From contig JAQGDQ010000835.1 of the NCBI GenBank assembly GCA_030141605.1, positions 26,305-90,304 on the forward strand: DNA of 64,000 nt, in the 5' to 3' direction. This document shows, one piece after another, positions 59,702 to 64,000 of the stretch. The notes below the pieces were generated by a model. The model was not told the origin of the DNA. It saw only the letters and a list, made by a program, of their open reading frames with translations, and ran no database searches. Within the stretch, counting starts at the first letter, position 1. The number at the start of each line of letters is the position of its first letter. Made by a program: the position numbers and the translations under genes. The stretch comes from Tubiluchus corallicola. Lineage: Eukaryota; Animalia; Priapulida.

Positions 59702-62700
59702 CGGTGGCACAGCAGACTGAAGACCGGATACACAGGAGACCGGCTACACTTTTTTTACCGGATAGCGAATACCGGATATCATCGAATATTTCCTCAAACT
59801 GACTTTTGGATTCGGATTATAACCGGATAGGTTAGCTAAATTCGGATCCAATATGCTGATCAGTTCGGATAATGAAAAATTGGTAAATCTTTGCAAACTT
59901 TAGAGCGTTTTCATTTAATCTATCATCTTAAAGGACCTAGCCCGAAGATACGCTGTATTACCACATACAAACGGAAAAAGATGTATGTAAAATTTTCTTC
60001 TTGAAAACACAGACATAGGCTAAAATGATCTCGTAAGTTTTTTGGTAATATTTTATTTAGTTATTTTTCAGCTGTTAAATTATTCGAAAACCTATTAAGC
60101 GTATAGTAATGTTTTAAATTTTTTCAATAGACATTTTTTCAAGCTTTGTTTTTTAGTTTCACGTTACTAAATTATTGTGTAATCATTGATTATTGTATAG
60201 TCTATTTTTTGTATCATGAACGTATGTTCTGATAATTATGGTATAAGCGGCAACACTACTCGGCTGTTAATACACCGATCTGGCGGAAAATTCGACACTT
60301 TTAGCTTCCAATACAATAAGCATCATACAAAACGGCAACCCTAGCCAAGAGTTAGCCGTGGAAAAATGCGTTCCATGAGAGAAGAATGTTATAATAATTA
60401 TTGCGTTTTACCTTTTAAATGAAAAAAATATGCCTTTATATGACTGCATCAAGTAAGTGTATCAAGTAGTTGGCATCGTTGTATCTCGGAAGGCAATGGA
60501 GTGTGCGCCAAGAGAGTCAGTTATTGATCACATTGATGGAGCTGCAGCGTCGACTGTGGCTGAGCAATGCGATCCTTGAACGTCTCCAGGGCGCACGCCT
60601 GGGCAAGGTGTATGGAGATCCTGAGTTGCCCAGACAACAGCAACACTACTGCAGACTCTACTCAGTTGCCATCTGTCTATGCTTAGTATGACTATTGACA
60701 AATATGTGTAGCGCAAAGGTACATATACAGTCAACCTCGGTATAAGATACTCGCTTATAAGGGACCACCAACACTGGTCCCGATTTTTCGTAACATTTTT
60801 CCTATGTAAAAATCTTCGTATATAAGGTACTTGGATATAAGGGACGAAGTCTTCAGGTGCTGCGTAATAGAAACCCAGGCAAATTACCTCACATATAAGG
60901 AACCCTCTGATCAAAGCGAAATTGATCGATTTTTAATCTCAATTTTTCGCAAACTCGGCCTTCCAACAACTCGGTTTCCATGGTCACATACATCTCGCAT
61001 CACTGACGGAGCTTCGTACATACCGTTTGCACTGAATGTGTAGCAATAATCCATAAAAATATGGGTAAAAGTACAGATCTAGATGCACCCTCGGTCTGAT
61101 TCAACTTCGGCTATAGGGGACATCAGATACAAGGGATGGCTTTTTCCGGTCCGGAGGTGTCCCTTGTATCCGAGGTTGACTGCACTTTGTTTTGGTTTTC
61201 GACACAAAGTTTTCTAACAGAACTGTAAAGTGAATACAATATATGTGTAAGTACAAAACTAGAGGCAAGAAATATCTTGAAGAGTGAAGCAGTGAAACCA
61301 GATTTTTGTAATAATATCAACAATTCATTAAAACCAAGTTTTCTTGTGAAAAAGGGGCGCTCATTTTGCATTTGCAAAAAAATTCCTATCATTAAAAAAT
61401 CATCGTTACATTACTAGGTATGCTGCATTGTTGTTTGCTGTTGAAATTTCTGATAGTAAATATAGTTTAGAGTTTATTTTAGTTTACTTAACTAACGGGT
61501 ATCAACTGGCTTTTAAATTCTGCAAATAAATTGTTTACCTCATTTTTCTAAAAACTTGCATTCTAAAAAATATTTTCGGAACTTTTTATTAAATATTTCA
61601 CAAATTGTCTTAATTTATGATACGGAACATTTGGTGTGTGCAGAAATTTATTTTAAATTCCAAAATGGCTACCATCTGTAGAATCAATCTTGAGGCTCCA
61701 CTTTTATGTGGATCATATATTATGTAACAAGCAGGTTCGTCCTATTTACCTAATTATATTAAATATTTAGAAAATCACATAGAAAGTCTTAGCAATAAAG
61801 GTCATAAACAGTTAATAAAAAATTCAGTAACAAGGAAATAAAAGAAATAGAATAATTGTGTGCTTGCATAGCAAAATCGTCCATAAGTTTAGTTATTCAC
61901 ATATCCTGAATCTCCATTTCATGAAGATCATTTTGATACCAAGTTCATCGCTCTATGTTATTCCTAAGCTGAATTAATCCACATTGAAGTTGAGGTGCAG
62001 GCTGCACAGGGAAAAACATAATCTTGAGGAAATCACTGTTAAAGTCAGCCATTGTTTTTTGTCATGTCTCTACAAAACACTTAGCAACCGTACAAAAGTG
62101 TAGTTGCTATGGATTTTACAAGAACACATTGAAGTTACGTTTAAATCCGTTAATTACGTTAGATTTTTAGTGTTTTTTGAACACTTTCTTGATAATTTGA
62201 TGCTAGAATGTAAAAGTCCAGTATATGTAGCATTTGTTTTCATAAAAAATAAAAAATCGACATTTGACCAAACTTTTGGTGCATTCTGCTTTGAAGCATC
62301 ATAACTTAGTTTTAACTATGCCGACTTATGGACGTCTTGGTTTGCAAGCACGCATATAATCGCATTGCTATGTAATTTTAGAATTGTACAATAGTTATTA
62401 TACACATTTTACAATTAAGACAATCATTAAACACAGAATATGAATGTACAACTCGGAGTAAAATGAAAAACTTAAAACGTTTCTGATAACACAATGGTAG
62501 GAACGCCAAGTCTGTATCAGGAAAGTGGATATCTTTCTGTTTAACTTTTTCAAATTTTGATTGCAAAACTTTCGCGAGTTATCTTAAATCTGTTTATCCA
62601 CCATAAAGACATGTCACATGGCATGCCCTCTCAATATATCTATTTATTTACAAACATATGAAATTAACTAACTAATCACAATAATAAGAAAAATTTGCGG

Positions 62701-63208
62701 CATGCAAAATATGGTTTTTAAATAAATTAAATTAATCTTAAATATCTGAGGCTGATCCATAAGAACAACAACATAACTGTTCTACAAGGACTATACATCT
62801 GTGGTGTCTTGTTACATAGGTCAGTACTACAGTAGCAAATTTCAAGCTTTGAATTGGACGTCTCTCTACTAAGGCACATTGGCATTTTCCTCGTGTGTTT
62901 ATTTGATATGAGGCAGTGACGTTTGACTCCTTCAACTCCTGCAAATAAGTTACAATATGAACAAAAAAAAAACTACAAACTTGGCAAGGCAACACAGCAT
63001 ACACATCATATATAGTTTTGCTTGTCATTGAATTGTTCAAGCCATTTTACAGTTCCAGCGGTTTGGTCGTGAAAAGGTCAAAGGTTAAGTGTACCAGACG
63101 ACGCATTTGTGTACACTTGACAACGCTTCGCAGTCCATGCTGTTGTAATAGTGACAGTTTTAACAGCTAACTAGAACCTTACCTAGTTCATTTTTTCTTG
63201 TTCCTAAG

Positions 63209-63740
63209 CAAGATCCTGCTAGTAAATCACTCTACACACAGACTAATGCATAATTAAGTAAAGTCCATGTGAAACAACTGAAGTTACTGAACTGACGCTT
63301 TGCTTTACCCAAACAAGATCTTGCTAGTAAATCACTTTACACGCAGACTAATGCATAATTAAGTAAAGTCCATGTAAAACAACTGAAGTTACTGAATTGA
63401 CGCTTTGCTTTACCCAAACAAGATCTTGCTAGTAAATCACTTTACATGCAGACCAATGCATAATTAAGTAAAGTCCATGTAAAACAACTGAAGTTACTGA
63501 ATTGACACTTTGCTTTACCCAAACAAGATCCTGCTAGTAAATCACTCTATGCAGACTAATGCATAATTAAGTAAAGTCCACGTAAAACAACTGAACTGAT
63601 GCATTGCTTTACCAACATATCACGTGACGGTTGTAATCAAGACCCATTGCTGTGGTATACTTAATCTTTGACCTTGCATAATTAAGTAAAGTCCATGTAA
63701 AACGACTGAAGTTACTGAACTGATGCATTGCTTTACCCAC
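63209..63740. repeat. 105-bp tandem repeat, 4 copies plus a partial
   Basis: AGATC.TGCTAGTAAATCAC at 63211, 63316, 63421 and 63526. Confidence 0.93.
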
Positions 63741-64000
63741 ATGATGGTTGTAGTCAATTCTGTAATTATAAATGTACTATTCAACCATTACCAGCATCAC
63801 CCACGGCCCTTCCGGATCTCTAGAAATAAGAGATATAAGTTTTGCAAAAATGACCATTTTTGGAGGTTTTTCACCCCCCGTTTCTCCCGGTGGGCCGTGA
63901 TTCGAAAAATCTATGGGTCCGGACCTTTTGCTTGATGTATAGATCGTCGAGAATGGTGCCGTAGTTGGAGCTATAGCCTCGTCGGTTATATATCCACCAA

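Overview
This is AT-rich animal (probably invertebrate) genomic DNA with spliced genes and many repeats, not a prokaryotic locus. I reconstructed two conserved genes by hand from GT-AG boundaries. NF-YC lies on the minus strand (7 coding exons, 22042 to 13140, 355 aa, all introns phase 0). DSCC1/DCC1 lies on the plus strand (9 coding exons, 37926 to 59701, 393 aa). They are head-to-head around a putative bidirectional promoter at about 35.9-36.4 kb. Between that promoter and the first NF-YC coding exon, on the same strand, lie two intronless ORFs for small two-TM membrane proteins, one with three PPxY/LPxY motifs. Each has its own splice acceptor just upstream of its ATG. My top hypothesis is that a shared non-coding leader exon is alternatively spliced onto three unrelated coding units (or that they form a nested or polycistronic unit). 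The first 10 kb appears to hold several non-coding 5' exons of a minus-strand gene running off the left edge. One has a strong-Kozak 14-aa uORF, a TATA-like element and an upstream 8x92-bp array of nuclear-receptor (TCAAGGTCA) sites. The rest is MITE families, decayed LINEs, a nested Sola3-like/LINE/microsatellite insertion, minisatellites and local duplications, one of which copies the last DSCC1 splice acceptor. No databases were searched. Repeat boundaries are approximate.
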